64,000 nt of DNA, taken from assembly GCA_016234655.1 (NCBI GenBank), contig JACRAU010000023.1, positions 42,066-106,065 on the forward strand, read 5' to 3'. Under the pieces are notes generated by a model that saw only the letters and a program-made list of their open reading frames with translations, was not told the DNA's origin and did not search any database. Position numbers and translations under genes: made by a program. The first letter of the stretch is position 1. The number at the start of each line of letters is the position of its first letter. Shown piece after piece: positions 39,359 through 49,713 of the stretch. This stretch comes from Betaproteobacteria bacterium (lineage in GTDB: Bacteria; Pseudomonadota; Gammaproteobacteria; Burkholderiales; Thiobacillaceae).

Positions 39359-40824
39359 GCGGTGGCCCCTGTCATCTTCTTGGCGGCTTCCGCCGCCTCT
39401 TTCGCGGCGCGCCGACGGGCCGCCGCTTCTTCGCGTTCGCGCGCGATGCGCTCCATGCGCGCCGTGCGTTCCGTGGCCAACTTCTTGGTCGCTTCCTGCT
39501 TGAGCTTGGCCTTTTCCTTGGCCGTCAGTTCGCCCTTGGCATGGTTGAAGTAATGCACCAGCGGGATATGGGCAGGGCAGACATAAGAGCAGGAACCGCA
39601 AGCGATGCAGTCCTTGAGCCCGATGTCGACCGCATCGGCCAGATCGCCGACGCGGATGCGCGCGGCCATCTCCAGCGGCAACAGGCCGACCGGGCAGGCG
39701 CGCACGCAACTGGAGCAGCGGATGCAAGGCGCCGGCTCGGGCTGGCCGATCTCGGCAGGGGTCAGCGCCAATACGCCGCTGGTGCCCTTGACGATGGGGA
39801 TGCCGGTGATCGGCATCTCATGGCCCATCATCGGCCCGCCCATGACCAGCCGCGCCGGCATCTTGCCGAAGCCGCCGCAATGGTCGAACAAGGCCTGGGC
39901 CGGCGTGCCGATCGGAACCTCTAGGTTGCACGGCTCTTTCACCGCGCCGCCGCTCACGGTGACGATGCGCGAGACCAAGGGACGGCCCAGCGCGATGGCC
40001 TCGTACACGGCATAGGCGGTGGCGACGTTGTGTACCAGGACGCCGATGTCGGCCGAGCGGCCGCCGGCCGGCACCTCCTTGCCGATCAGCGCGCGGGTGA
40101 GCTGCTTGTCCCAGCCCATCGGGTACATCGCCGGCACCGCCACCACTTGAATGTCGGTGCCGAGCGCCGCAGCGCGCATGGCGGCGATGGCCGCCGGCTT
40201 GTTGTCCTCGATGCCGACCAGTACCTGCCGGCTGCCGACGGCGCGATGGATCAGGCGAATGCCGGCCACGACGCCCTCGGCCCGCTCGCACATCAACCTG
40301 TCGTCGCAGGTGAGGTACGGCTCGCATTCGCCGCCGTTGACGATCAGGGTGTCCACCCCGCTCTTGCGGCTGATGTTCAGTTTTACTGCCGACGGAAAGG
40401 CGGCGCCGCCCAGGCCGACGATGCCGGCGGCGGCGACGCGCGCGGCGATGTCCTCGGGCGCGAGCGCGAAGGGATCGTCCGGGATGTCCGCCGCTTGCCA
40501 TCGATCTTCGCCGTCCGCTTCCAGCGTGAGCGTCGGCACCGGCAGGCCCGAGGGGTGCGGCGCCGGGTAGTCGCCCAGGGCGACAATGCGGCCCGAGGTC
40601 GGCGCATGCACCGGGGCCGAGATTGGCCCCTGGCCGCTGGCGATGAGCTGGCCCTTGAGCACCTTATCGCCCACCGCCACGATCGCTGTCGCGGCGGCGC
40701 CGACGTGCTGCTGCAAGGGCACGAACAAGCGCTCCGGCATCGGCAGCGCGCGGATGGGCCGCTCGGCCGAGAGCTCCTTGCGTCCGATCGGGTGGACGCC
40801 ACCGCGCAATTTGAAGAGTTTCAC
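39355..40824 (-). CDS. rnfC: Rnf complex subunit C (NADH-binding, 2x[4Fe-4S])
   Basis: MKLFKLRGGVHP N-terminus; CIRCSSCVRACP and CIACGSCSYVCP ferredoxin motifs; Lys/Ala/Glu-rich C-terminal tail. Confidence 0.95.
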   Translation of the reverse strand: MKLFKLRGGVHPIGRKELSAERPIRALPMPERLFVPLQQHVGAAATAIVAVGDKVLKGQLIASGQGPISAPVHAPTSGRIVALGDYPAPHPSGLPVPTLTLEADGEDRWQAADIPDDPFALAPEDIAARVAAAGIVGLGGAAFPSAVKLNISRKSGVDTLIVNGGECEPYLTCDDRLMCERAEGVVAGIRLIHRAVGSRQVLVGIEDNKPAAIAAMRAAALGTDIQVVAVPAMYPMGWDKQLTRALIGKEVPAGGRSADIGVLVHNVATAYAVYEAIALGRPLVSRIVTVSGGAVKEPCNLEVPIGTPAQALFDHCGGFGKMPARLVMGGPMMGHEMPITGIPIVKGTSGVLALTPAEIGQPEPAPCIRCSSCVRACPVGLLPLEMAARIRVGDLADAVDIGLKDCIACGSCSYVCPAHIPLVHYFNHAKGELTAKEKAKLKQEATKKLATERTARMERIAREREEAAARRRAAKEAAEAAKKMTGATA

Positions 40825-40834
40825 GATGCCGTCC

Positions 40835-41386
40835 TCATGCCGCCAGGGCCGTGGACACCGGGTTCGAACCCGGCTTGGGCCAATACCAGGATTGCAGCGT
40901 CACCGGCACCGGCACCAGGCGGGTGGCCTCGGTCGGGCAGGCCTCGACGCATTTGCCGCAGGCGGTGCAGGCCTCGCGGAACACAGCATGGATATGCTTG
41001 GCCGCGCCCATGATCGCGTCGGTGGGGCAGACCTTGTAGCAGCGGGTGCAGCCGATGCAGATGTCCTCCTGCACCTCGGCCACCAGCGGGCCGCTGTCTT
41101 TCACGCCCGACAGGTCGGCCTCGATGCCCAGTTTGGCGGCCAGGGCCACGGCCAGGTCGCGCCCGCCCGGCGGGCACAGGGTGACCGGCGCGCTGCCTTC
41201 GGCCAGGGCGTTGGCGGCGCCGGCGCAGCCGGGAAAACCGCATTGGCCGCACTGCGAGCCGGGCATCATGGCCTCCAGTTCGGCGGCGAGTGGGTTGCCC
41301 TCGACCCGCAATTTGCGGGCGGCCACGCCCAGCATGAGTCCGAGCGAAGCGCCCAGGGCGGTGAGGCTGACGACGGCGGCGAGCAT
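40835..41386 (-). CDS. rnfB: Rnf complex subunit B (polyferredoxin)
   Basis: QCGQCGFPGC plus CIGCTRCYKVCP and CTACGKCVEACP motifs. Confidence 0.95.
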   Translation of the reverse strand: MLAAVVSLTALGASLGLMLGVAARKLRVEGNPLAAELEAMMPGSQCGQCGFPGCAGAANALAEGSAPVTLCPPGGRDLAVALAAKLGIEADLSGVKDSGPLVAEVQEDICIGCTRCYKVCPTDAIMGAAKHIHAVFREACTACGKCVEACPTEATRLVPVPVTLQSWYWPKPGSNPVSTALAA

Positions 41387-41405
41387 GGTTCGGCTCCTTC
41401 GATCG

Positions 41406-41987
41406 TTAATGGTTGGCCAGGCCGGCGAAGCCCATGAAGGCCAGCGACAGCAAGCCGGCCAAGATGAAGCCGGCCGGCGCGCCGTTCATGGTGGCGGGTA
41501 CCTGGGCCAGGGCCAGGCGTTCGCGCAAGCCGGCGAACAACACCATCACCAGGGTGAAGCCGAGCGCCGAGCCGAAGCCGTAGAGCAGGCTTTCCACGAA
41601 GGCGTGCTTTTCCTGCACGTTGAGCAGCGCGAGCCCGAGCACCGCGCAATTGGTGGTGATCAGCGGCAGGTAGATGCCGAGTACCTGGTAGAGCGAGGGG
41701 CTGGCCTTGCGGATCGCCATCTCGGTGAACTGCACCACGGCCGCGATGACCAGGATGAAGGCGAGGATGCGCAGGTATTCGATGCCCAGCGGCGCCAGCA
41801 GCCAATGCTCCAGCATCCAGCTTGCGGCCGTGGCCAGGGTCAGCACGAAGGTGGTGGCCATGCCCATGCCCAGGGCGCTGTCCATTTTCTTGGACACGCC
41901 CATGAACGGGCACAGCCCCAGGAATTTCACCAGGACCACGTTGTTCACCAAGGCGGTGGACAGCAGCAGAAGAAGGTATTCGTTCAC
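41406..41987 (-). CDS. rnfA: Rnf complex subunit A
   Basis: [22 protein letters not shown]... Track start is TTG at 41993, only 1 nt from GGAGGA; GTG at 41987 has 7-nt spacing and is preferred. Confidence 0.93.
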   Translation of the reverse strand: MNEYLLLLLSTALVNNVVLVKFLGLCPFMGVSKKMDSALGMGMATTFVLTLATAASWMLEHWLLAPLGIEYLRILAFILVIAAVVQFTEMAIRKASPSLYQVLGIYLPLITTNCAVLGLALLNVQEKHAFVESLLYGFGSALGFTLVMVLFAGLRERLALAQVPATMNGAPAGFILAGLLSLAFMGFAGLANH

Positions 41988-42012
41988 GATCAAGTCCTCC
42001 GCCCAACATTTC

Positions 42013-42027
42013 GCATGGATCGTGCCA
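42013..42027 (-). promoter_or_regulatory. Candidate sigma54 -24/-12 promoter of rnfABCDGEH
   Basis: Minus strand reads TGGCAC-gatcc-ATGC (perfect -24 box, GG-N10-GC spacing), ~25 nt upstream of the rnfA RBS. Confidence 0.55.
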
Positions 42028-42132
42028 ACCGATGGCTATTTTTTATAGCGCGGAAAATCAGGCACTTGCGCTATATGGCACCCGAATGGTGCGTAGCGCG
42101 ATGTGGGGCTTAGTGCAACTCCGCTTGCCCAA

Positions 42133-42148
42133 TGTCGGGAAAACGACA
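42133..42148. promoter_or_regulatory. NifA upstream activator sequence (TGT-N10-ACA)
   Basis: TGTcgggaaaacgACA, ~105 bp upstream of the rnf -24 box. Confidence 0.6.
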
Positions 42149-42243
42149 GCGTAGTTGGGCGCGTTGCCCTTGTGAATCGATCTCCATTCCCTGGGCATGG
42201 TTGTTGCTTGACGAAGGATGCCCCTCATTTTTACGAGTCCGCC

Positions 42244-43805
42244 ATGGAACATCCGGCCAGCCCCGACACATCGCCCGAGCCTCGGAAAGCAGAGCAAGGC
42301 ACGGCCGCCGCCGGCGAGGCCTTGCCGGCCCGGGCCTTCCGCCTGGCGGTGGAACAAGCGGCCTTGGCGATCTCGATCACCGATGTCAACGCGCACATCC
42401 TCTATGCCAATCAGTCCTTCGAACGGGTGACCGGCTATCCGGCCGAGGAGGTGATCGGCCACAGCGAGGCCCTCCTGTCCTACAAGGTCACGCCCAAGCT
42501 GGTGTACGAGACCATGTGGGCGCAACTAATGCGCCAGCGTTCGTGGAACGGCCTGTTGGTGAACCGGCGCAAGGACGGAGGCCGCTATCTGGCCGACCTC
42601 ACCATCACGCCGGTCATCGACGCGGCCGGGCGCACCACGCATTACCTCGGCATGCACCGCGACGTGACCGAGGTGCACCGGCTGGAGCGCCAGGTGCAGA
42701 ACCAGAAGGCCTTGATCGAGTCGGTGGTGGATGCGGCGCCGGTCGCCATCGCGCTGCTCGACGAGGGCGAGCGCGTGATCCTGGACAACCAGGAATACAA
42801 GAAGCTGATCGGTGATCTCGGCCGCGAGCCGGCGGCGGACATGCTGGCGGCGGTGCGCGCCAATATGGGCAATCGTTACGACGAACTGCGGCGCGACAAC
42901 AAGGGGTTCCAAGGGCAAGAGGTGCGCTTCGATCTGCCCCGGCACACTCGCTGGTTCGTCTGCGCCGGCACTTGGTTCGAGGAGCAGGACACCAGCGCCG
43001 ACGCCTTCTATGAACCGGCGCGCAAACCCTATCTCTTGCTGACCATGCACGAGGTCAGCGCGCTCAAGCGCCAGGAAGAGGCGCTGCGCATGAACACGCT
43101 ACGCGCCTTGCTGGCCGAGCAAGACCGCATCCAGAGCTTGCGCGAGACCTTGTCGGCGGCGGCTTATCAACTGGAAGGGCCGTTCAATATGGTCGCCGCT
43201 GCCGTATCCATGCTCGAGCGGCGTGGCGAGCATGCCGCCGATCCCTTGATCGACGGCTTGGCCGAGGCCTTGAAGTCGGGCCAGGCGGCACTGGAAACCT
43301 TGCGTGCTTGCGCGCCCGGCGGCACGGCCGAGGCGATGCAGCCGCTCAACCTGAATGCCTTGTTGCACGACGTGCTGCGCCTGTTTACCCAGCGCATGCT
43401 GGTCGACGGCGTGGTGGTGGAATGGCAGCCGACCGCCGAGTTGCCGGCCGTGCTCGGCCGGCCGGCCGAGCTGGCCACCCTGTTCAAGCACCTGCTGGAA
43501 AACGCGCTCGATGCGATCCACGAGTCGCGCCGGTCCGGCCGCGAAATCCATGTCCGCACCGCATTGCATGCCGATAGCGTGGAGATAGATATCGAGGACA
43601 CCGGCCCCGGCATTCCGAGGGAATGGCAGTTGAAGGTGTTCGAGCCCTTTTTCACCACCAGGGGCGGCGATAGCCAGCACATGGGCATGGGCCTGGCCGT
43701 GGCGCAGGACATCGTATCGCGCCATGGCGGCGTGATCGCGATCGACCCCGAACACGCCGGCGGTTGCCGGGTGTGCGTGCAATTGCCGCTGATGAAGGAA
43801 GAGAA

Positions 43806-43809
<4 letters not shown>
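42244..43809 (+). CDS. nifL: Nitrogen-fixation regulatory flavoprotein NifL
   Basis: Tandem PAS (AISITDVNAHILYANQSFERVTGY..., HYLGMHRDVTE) and C-terminal GHKL domain (IEDTGPGIP); length and N-terminus match Azotobacter NifL when started at ATG 42244. Confidence 0.9.
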
Positions 43810-45364
<1,555 letters not shown>

Positions 45365-45368
<4 letters not shown>

Positions 45369-45667
45369 ACGAGATGGCCGCCCTCGGCACTAGCCGCTGC
45401 TTCCTCACCTACACCGGCGTCAAACTGCCGTTCAAGCTGGTTACGCCGCTGAGCGACGGCGAGGTGGAAAACCGCAACACCTACTTTCGCGGCTACTTCG
45501 ATGCCGATGAGCGCCTGCTCGGCTTCGACAAGATGGTCTATGGCGAGATCGAAATGGCCCACCGCTATGCCTATCACCCGAACGGCGCGCTGAAGCAAGT
45601 CGAGGTCGCCGACATCGACGGCGACCTCACGCGGCTCGACTTCGACGCGCAGGGCGAGCCGGCATGA
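45365..45667 (+). CDS. Hypothetical 100-aa protein translationally coupled to nifA
   Basis: ATGA overlap with the nifA stop; normal amino-acid composition (MNEMAALGTSRCFLTYTGVKLPFKLV...). It is the tail of an otherwise spurious 610-aa track ORF. Confidence 0.6.
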
Positions 45668-45897
45668 AGCCCTTCACCCCCTGCCGAGGCAAGACCGCCT
45701 GCCGCGACGACGGCGTTGCTTGCTTGACCTGCGGCCGCGGCCTGCAAGAGGTCGAGGCCACCCGCCGCCTGATCGACGCCCTGGCCGAACTGGCAGTCCA
45801 ATATGAATACGAAAACCCCGCCGAGTTCGTCGCCTATGTCGCGAGCAAGGTGGGGAAGAAAGTGCGGCATCGGCGGGAAGGGCAGGCCGGGGAGTGA
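45664..45897 (+). CDS. Small Cys-rich protein, DUF1289-like
   Basis: ATGA overlap with the preceding ORF; PCRGKTACRDDGVACLTCGRGLQEV (C-x5-C-x6-C-x2-C) resembles DUF1289. Confidence 0.5.
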   Translation: MKPFTPCRGKTACRDDGVACLTCGRGLQEVEATRRLIDALAELAVQYEYENPAEFVAYVASKVGKKVRHRREGQAGE

Positions 45898-46021
45898 GAA
45901 CGCGCCTTCACTGCGGGCGGCACGGTGAACTCGAGATGACAGTAAACGGCCCCGACGAGTAGAATCCGCCGCTATTCTTGGGTTTTGCGGCCCGAGCAAA
46001 AACCGGCGACAAATCCAATCA

Positions 46022-46147
46022 GGAAGAGTGGCAGAGTGGTTGAATGCACTGGTCTTGGAGCCGCCAGGCTCTAGTGCAGGCTAACCTGCATAGCAGGTTA
46101 AGGCACGAAGTGCCGGCCGGAACTAAAACCGGCAAGCAGCATAAGTT
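46022..46147 (+). pseudogene. tRNA-Ser-like 5' fragment with a hairpin-rich insert, lacking T-arm and 3' acceptor
   Basis: GGAAGAGTGGCAGAGTGGTTGAATGCACTGGTCTTG parallels acceptor, D-arm and 5' anticodon stem of the adjacent tRNA-Ser. After a ~65-nt insert, AAAACCGGCAA parallels the 3' anticodon stem; no TPsiC arm. Confidence 0.4.
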
Positions 46148-46235
46148 GGAGGCGTGGCCGAGTGGTTTAAGGCACCGGTCTTGAAAACCGGCAACGGGAA
46201 ACCGTTCGTGAGTTCGAATCTCACCGCCTCCGCCA
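46148..46235 (+). tRNA. tRNA-Ser (anticodon UGA)
   Basis: Manual cloverleaf: acceptor GGAGGCG/CGCCTCC, D-arm GCC-GAGTGGTTTAA-GGC, anticodon arm CCGGT-CTTGAAA-ACCGG, long variable arm, T-arm GTGAG-TTCGAAT-CTCAC, G-CCA end. Confidence 0.92.
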
Positions 46236-46242
46236 AACAAAA

Positions 46243-46265
46243 ACGGCCCATTGGGGGCCGTTTTG
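46243..46265 (+). terminator. Rho-independent terminator after tRNA-Ser
   Basis: aCGGCCC-attgg-GGGCCG-tttt. Confidence 0.6.
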
Positions 46266-46353
46266 CATTTCTACGGCGCGTTCACCAGACGATGGGGAAA
46301 TTCTTCAGGCGCAAGGGCCGGGTGTCGGTTATATCGATATCCTGTCAAAGACA

Positions 46354-46374
46354 AGGCCCGGCATGGCCGGGCCT
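46354..46374 (-). terminator. Hairpin downstream of the DUF3365 gene
   Basis: AGGCCCGGC-cat-GCCGGGCCT on the minus strand followed by tgtcttt; weak U-tract. Confidence 0.45.
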
Positions 46375-46398
46375 GGCGAGCCGGAATGATAGTCCGGT

Positions 46399-46989
46399 TT
46401 ACAGCGGGCGGGTGATGCTGATGGCGCCGCGGAACTGGTGGAGCTGGTAGCCCGTGGCCTGGTCGTTGGGGTATTCGGTCGCGAGCTTGGCCTTCACGGC
46501 ATCGGATAGGCTGTCCTTGGGGCCGTGGCAGTTCATGCACAGCCCGCCGATGACCAGGCCCTTGGTGTAGCGGAAATAGGGTTTGCCGTCGCCGCCGGTG
46601 ACGATGTCATAGTGCTCCAGCTTGGCCGGGTCGCCGCCCGAGGCGAGCTGCTTCTCCAGCGCGCGTAGCGCGTCGGCTTCCCAGGCGTCGGGCGTGCTGC
46701 GTTTCTCGTTGCGGTTCTTGAAGGTGACGCGCTTGATGCCGACGCCGTGTTTCTTGGCGATCTCGCCGGCGATCACGGGCGCCTTGTCCTTGCACACGCC
46801 GATGGCGCCATGGGCGCCGATCTTGGCGATGTCGTCGTTGAGTTCGCCGACGAGGCGTTTGATGAGTTCACCCGAGGCGGTGCGCGCTTCCGCCGCGTAG
46901 GCGGCCTTCTTGTCGGGGCTGGGGGTGCTGGCGCATGCGGCGAGAACGAAGGGCAATGCAGCGGCGAGTACGAAGCGATGCGTTTTCAT
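46399..46989 (-). CDS. DUF3365-type c-heme lipoprotein
   Basis: Lipobox LAAC after the signal peptide; single CMNCH heme-c motif; start at MKTHRF preceded by aggaga (track ORF extends to 47073). Confidence 0.8.
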   Translation of the reverse strand: MKTHRFVLAAALPFVLAACASTPSPDKKAAYAAEARTASGELIKRLVGELNDDIAKIGAHGAIGVCKDKAPVIAGEIAKKHGVGIKRVTFKNRNEKRSTPDAWEADALRALEKQLASGGDPAKLEHYDIVTGGDGKPYFRYTKGLVIGGLCMNCHGPKDSLSDAVKAKLATEYPNDQATGYQLHQFRGAISITRPL

Positions 46990-47129
46990 ATTGTCTCCTG
47001 CGTTGTTGAGTAGCGGTTCGAGCCCAGCCCCCGGCGCTGCCCGGCCAAACCATGCGGCCTTGACCAAGTCCACTCCAGGAATAGGGGATATGGGCCGCTA
47101 GTACTCTACTACTAGTTTTGGGGCGGGTG

Positions 47130-47543
47130 TTAGCGCTGGGCGCCGGCCGGGCCGATATTGAGCGGCGCCTGGTTGCGCATGTGGTCGGCGACCTTGACGA
47201 AGGCGGCGAACAGTTCCTGGCGCAGGGCCTCGTCGGCCACCGTGTCCTTCAGCGCCTTGTCCATGCAATACAGCCACTGGTCGCGTTCGGCGTCGCCGAT
47301 GGGGAAGGGCAGATGGCGGGCGCGCAGCATCGGGTGGCCGTATTTCTCGACATACAACTGCGGGCCGCCCATCCAGCCGGAGAGGAATTCGTACAGCTTC
47401 TGCCGGGCGTTGCCGAGATCGGCCGCGTGCATCTTGCGAATGCCATAGGCCTCGGGCAGTTCGTCCATGTGATCGTAGAAACGGTCGACCAGGGCGCGGA
47501 TCGGGGCGTCGCCGCCGATCTGTTCGTAGTGGGTGCGCATCAT
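47130..47543 (-). CDS. glbO: Group II truncated hemoglobin
   Basis: YEQIGGDAPIRALVDRFYDHM...HPMLRARHLPFPIG...RDQWLYCM typical of trHbO; start at MMRTHYEQ preferred over the track start 47588. Confidence 0.85.
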   Translation of the reverse strand: MMRTHYEQIGGDAPIRALVDRFYDHMDELPEAYGIRKMHAADLGNARQKLYEFLSGWMGGPQLYVEKYGHPMLRARHLPFPIGDAERDQWLYCMDKALKDTVADEALRQELFAAFVKVADHMRNQAPLNIGPAGAQR

Positions 47544-47632
47544 GTGGCTGAATATATTAGCGATAGCTAATTTTTTCGGAAGCCGCATTGTAGCGCGGCT
47601 TTTGGCCGACTAAAATCCTCGGTTATCGAATT

Positions 47633-48754
47633 ATGCAGCCGGAGCCCTACATGTCTTCCCACGATCCCAAGCAGGTCATGCATTCCATCATCCAGCGCAT
47701 CGCCACCGGCCCCGACTTGTCGAAGGACATCAGCCTGGACGAGGCGCGCATGGGCATGCAGGCCATCCTCGACAACGCCATCGACCCGGTGCAGGCCGGC
47801 ATCTTCTTCATCGCCCTGCGCATGAAGCGCGAGACCATGGACGAGTTCAAGGGCATCCTCGACGCGATCCTGGACTCGACCGGCCGGGTGACCGCCGAGG
47901 TGGACGAGGTGGTCGATATCGCCGATCCCTACGACGGTTACAACCGCTGCCTGCCGGCCGCGCCGTTCCTGCCCGCGCTGCTGGCCGAACTGGGCGTGCC
48001 GGCGGTCAACCACGGCCTGGAGGCGGTCGGCCCCAAATACGGCGTCACCGCCCGCCACGTGCTGCGCGCGGCCGGGGCCGATGTCGATCTCACGCCGCAG
48101 GCGGCGGCCAAGCGCCTGGCCGACCCGGCCATCGGCTGGGCCTATGTCGACCAGGCCAAGTATTGCCCCAAGCTGCACGACATGATTCCGCTGCGCCAGC
48201 GCATGATCAAACGCCAGGCGGTGACCACGGTGGAGACCGAGGCCAAGCCCATCGTCGGCCGCAAGAAGACCCATCTGGTCACCGGTTTCGTGCACAAGCC
48301 CTACCCGCCGATCTACGCCCAGCTCGCCCGCCATGCCGGCTTCGATTCCGCCCTGATCGTGCGCGGCGTCGAGGGCGGCGTGATCCCGAGCCTGCGCCAG
48401 GTCGGCAAGGCCGTGGCCTACCAGGACAAGGGCGAAGAGGCCGAGTACGAGATCAACCCCGAGGCCATGGGTATCCAGCAGACCGCGCGCGCGGTGCCGC
48501 TGCCGGACGACCTGCCCAAGTCCGAACGCGACGACGAGGTGGCGATCATGGTCGACGTCAAGGCCACCGCCCAGGCGGCGGCCGAGGCCGGCATGGCCGC
48601 GCTGTGCGGCAACAAGGGCGCGACCTACGATTCGCTGGTGCTGGGCGCGGCGATGGTGTTGCATCATGTCGGCCGCGCCAAGACTCTGGCCGAGGCTGCC
48701 GATATGGCGCGCGCGGCGCTGGATTCGGGCAAGGCCGCCAAGCGGGTGAAATGA
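47633..48754 (+). CDS. Anthranilate phosphoribosyltransferase-like (glycosyl transferase family 3) paralogue
   Basis: GT3 N-terminal helical bundle (LDEARMGMQAILDN..DPVQAGIFFIALRMKRET) and Rossmann-like C-domain; not in a trp operon context. Confidence 0.8.
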   Translation: MQPEPYMSSHDPKQVMHSIIQRIATGPDLSKDISLDEARMGMQAILDNAIDPVQAGIFFIALRMKRETMDEFKGILDAILDSTGRVTAEVDEVVDIADPYDGYNRCLPAAPFLPALLAELGVPAVNHGLEAVGPKYGVTARHVLRAAGADVDLTPQAAAKRLADPAIGWAYVDQAKYCPKLHDMIPLRQRMIKRQAVTTVETEAKPIVGRKKTHLVTGFVHKPYPPIYAQLARHAGFDSALIVRGVEGGVIPSLRQVGKAVAYQDKGEEAEYEINPEAMGIQQTARAVPLPDDLPKSERDDEVAIMVDVKATAQAAAEAGMAALCGNKGATYDSLVLGAAMVLHHVGRAKTLAEAADMARAALDSGKAAKRVK

Positions 48755-49062
48755 TGACCTTCGTCGCGATCGCCCAGGCGGACGAACTCAAGCCGGCCCA
48801 GATGAAGCGCATCGAGGCCGGCGGCAAGCGCCTGCTGCTGTGCAATGCCGAGGGCGAGTATTTCTGCGTGGACGAGATGTGCAGCCACGAGGACTACTCG
48901 CTCTACTTCGGCTGCATCAAGGGCCGCTCGATCAAGTGCTCGCTGCATGGCAGCTACTTCAACCTGGTCAGCGGCCAGCCGGAGAACGAGCCGGCCGACT
49001 GCCCGCTGCGCACCTACCCGGTCAAGGTCGAGGCCGGTCAGGTCTGGGTCGATCCGACCTGA
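48751..49062 (+). CDS. Rieske [2Fe-2S] ferredoxin-like protein
   Basis: CSHE...(18 aa)...CSLHG Rieske ligands; start overlaps the upstream stop (ATGA); the track ORF 48163-49062 is an artefactual extension. Confidence 0.85.
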   Translation: MMTFVAIAQADELKPAQMKRIEAGGKRLLLCNAEGEYFCVDEMCSHEDYSLYFGCIKGRSIKCSLHGSYFNLVSGQPENEPADCPLRTYPVKVEAGQVWVDPT

Positions 49063-49647
49063 TCAGTCCTTCGGGAAGTTCTTGCGTAGCGCTTCCAGTT
49101 CCTGCCGGTAGCGCTCGGCGTCGCCGTAGTCGAAGAATTTGGCGTAATGCGCGTGGTTACCGAGCAAGCGGCGGGCGTGCTTGATCGGGCACCAGTATTG
49201 CTCGGTGCGGGCAGCGATCTCGCGCGCATAGTTCATCAGGCCGTTGCCGTAGGAACAATAAATGCAGTTCACCCGCTCGATCCAGTTCAGATAAGCCAAA
49301 AGGCCGCGATCGTAGATGAAGTGGTCGGCGCGCCGAACGCGCGGGATGCCATAGACCGGAAAGCAGGTCCACTGATAAAGGGTGACGGCGAGGTCGAGCA
49401 GCAGCATGGGTAGCAGGACGCCATAGATGATGGGCGCGGTGAGCAAGAACGAGACGGGTGCTTGCAGGATGTAGCGCAAGGTGCCCGTGCGCAGTTTTCT
49501 ATGTAGTTCGAGCACATCCTGTTCGAAACGGACCCGCCGGTTTTCCAAGTGGTAGCGGAAATCCGCCCGCTTCTGTTCGAGGTCCGCCTCCAGTTCCGTT
49601 TGCAGTTCGCGGATGCGGGCCATCAATTCGTCGATGCGGGCATTCAT
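49063..49647 (-). CDS. Hypothetical membrane protein
   Basis: 194 aa from MNARIDEL; N-terminal coiled coil, two TM segments, Cys/His-rich C-terminal region (CIYCSYGNG...YWCPIKHA); the track ORF to 50766 is an artefact. Confidence 0.65.
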   Translation of the reverse strand: MNARIDELMARIRELQTELEADLEQKRADFRYHLENRRVRFEQDVLELHRKLRTGTLRYILQAPVSFLLTAPIIYGVLLPMLLLDLAVTLYQWTCFPVYGIPRVRRADHFIYDRGLLAYLNWIERVNCIYCSYGNGLMNYAREIAARTEQYWCPIKHARRLLGNHAHYAKFFDYGDAERYRQELEALRKNFPKD

Positions 49648-49713
49648 GGAGGCGTGCCTTGTATTGAGTGCCAGCATTAGGCGCGGTGCGGGTCTAGGCG
49701 TCAAGCCGGTAGA

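Noticed and set aside
42076-42092. Plus-strand TGGCAC-ccgaa-TGGTGC as a sigma54 promoter for nifLA
   Set aside because: The -24 box is perfect but the -12 position reads GT instead of the invariant GC at GG-N10-GC spacing. It was left unannotated.
42103-42243. Upstream extension of nifL to the first ATG of the track ORF
   Set aside because: The extension has no similarity to NifL N-termini and contains the TGT-N10-ACA element of the divergent rnf promoter. Starting at ATG 42244 gives the expected NifL length.
46019-46240. 73-aa minus-strand ORF
   Set aside because: It lies entirely over the tRNA-Ser gene and the tRNA-like fragment, so it is an artefact of the stop-free complement of structured RNA.
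48163-48750. Upstream part of the 299-aa ORF ending at 49062
   Set aside because: It is an Arg/Gly-rich alternative frame of the TrpD-like gene. The Rieske domain starts only at the ATG overlapping the upstream stop (48751).
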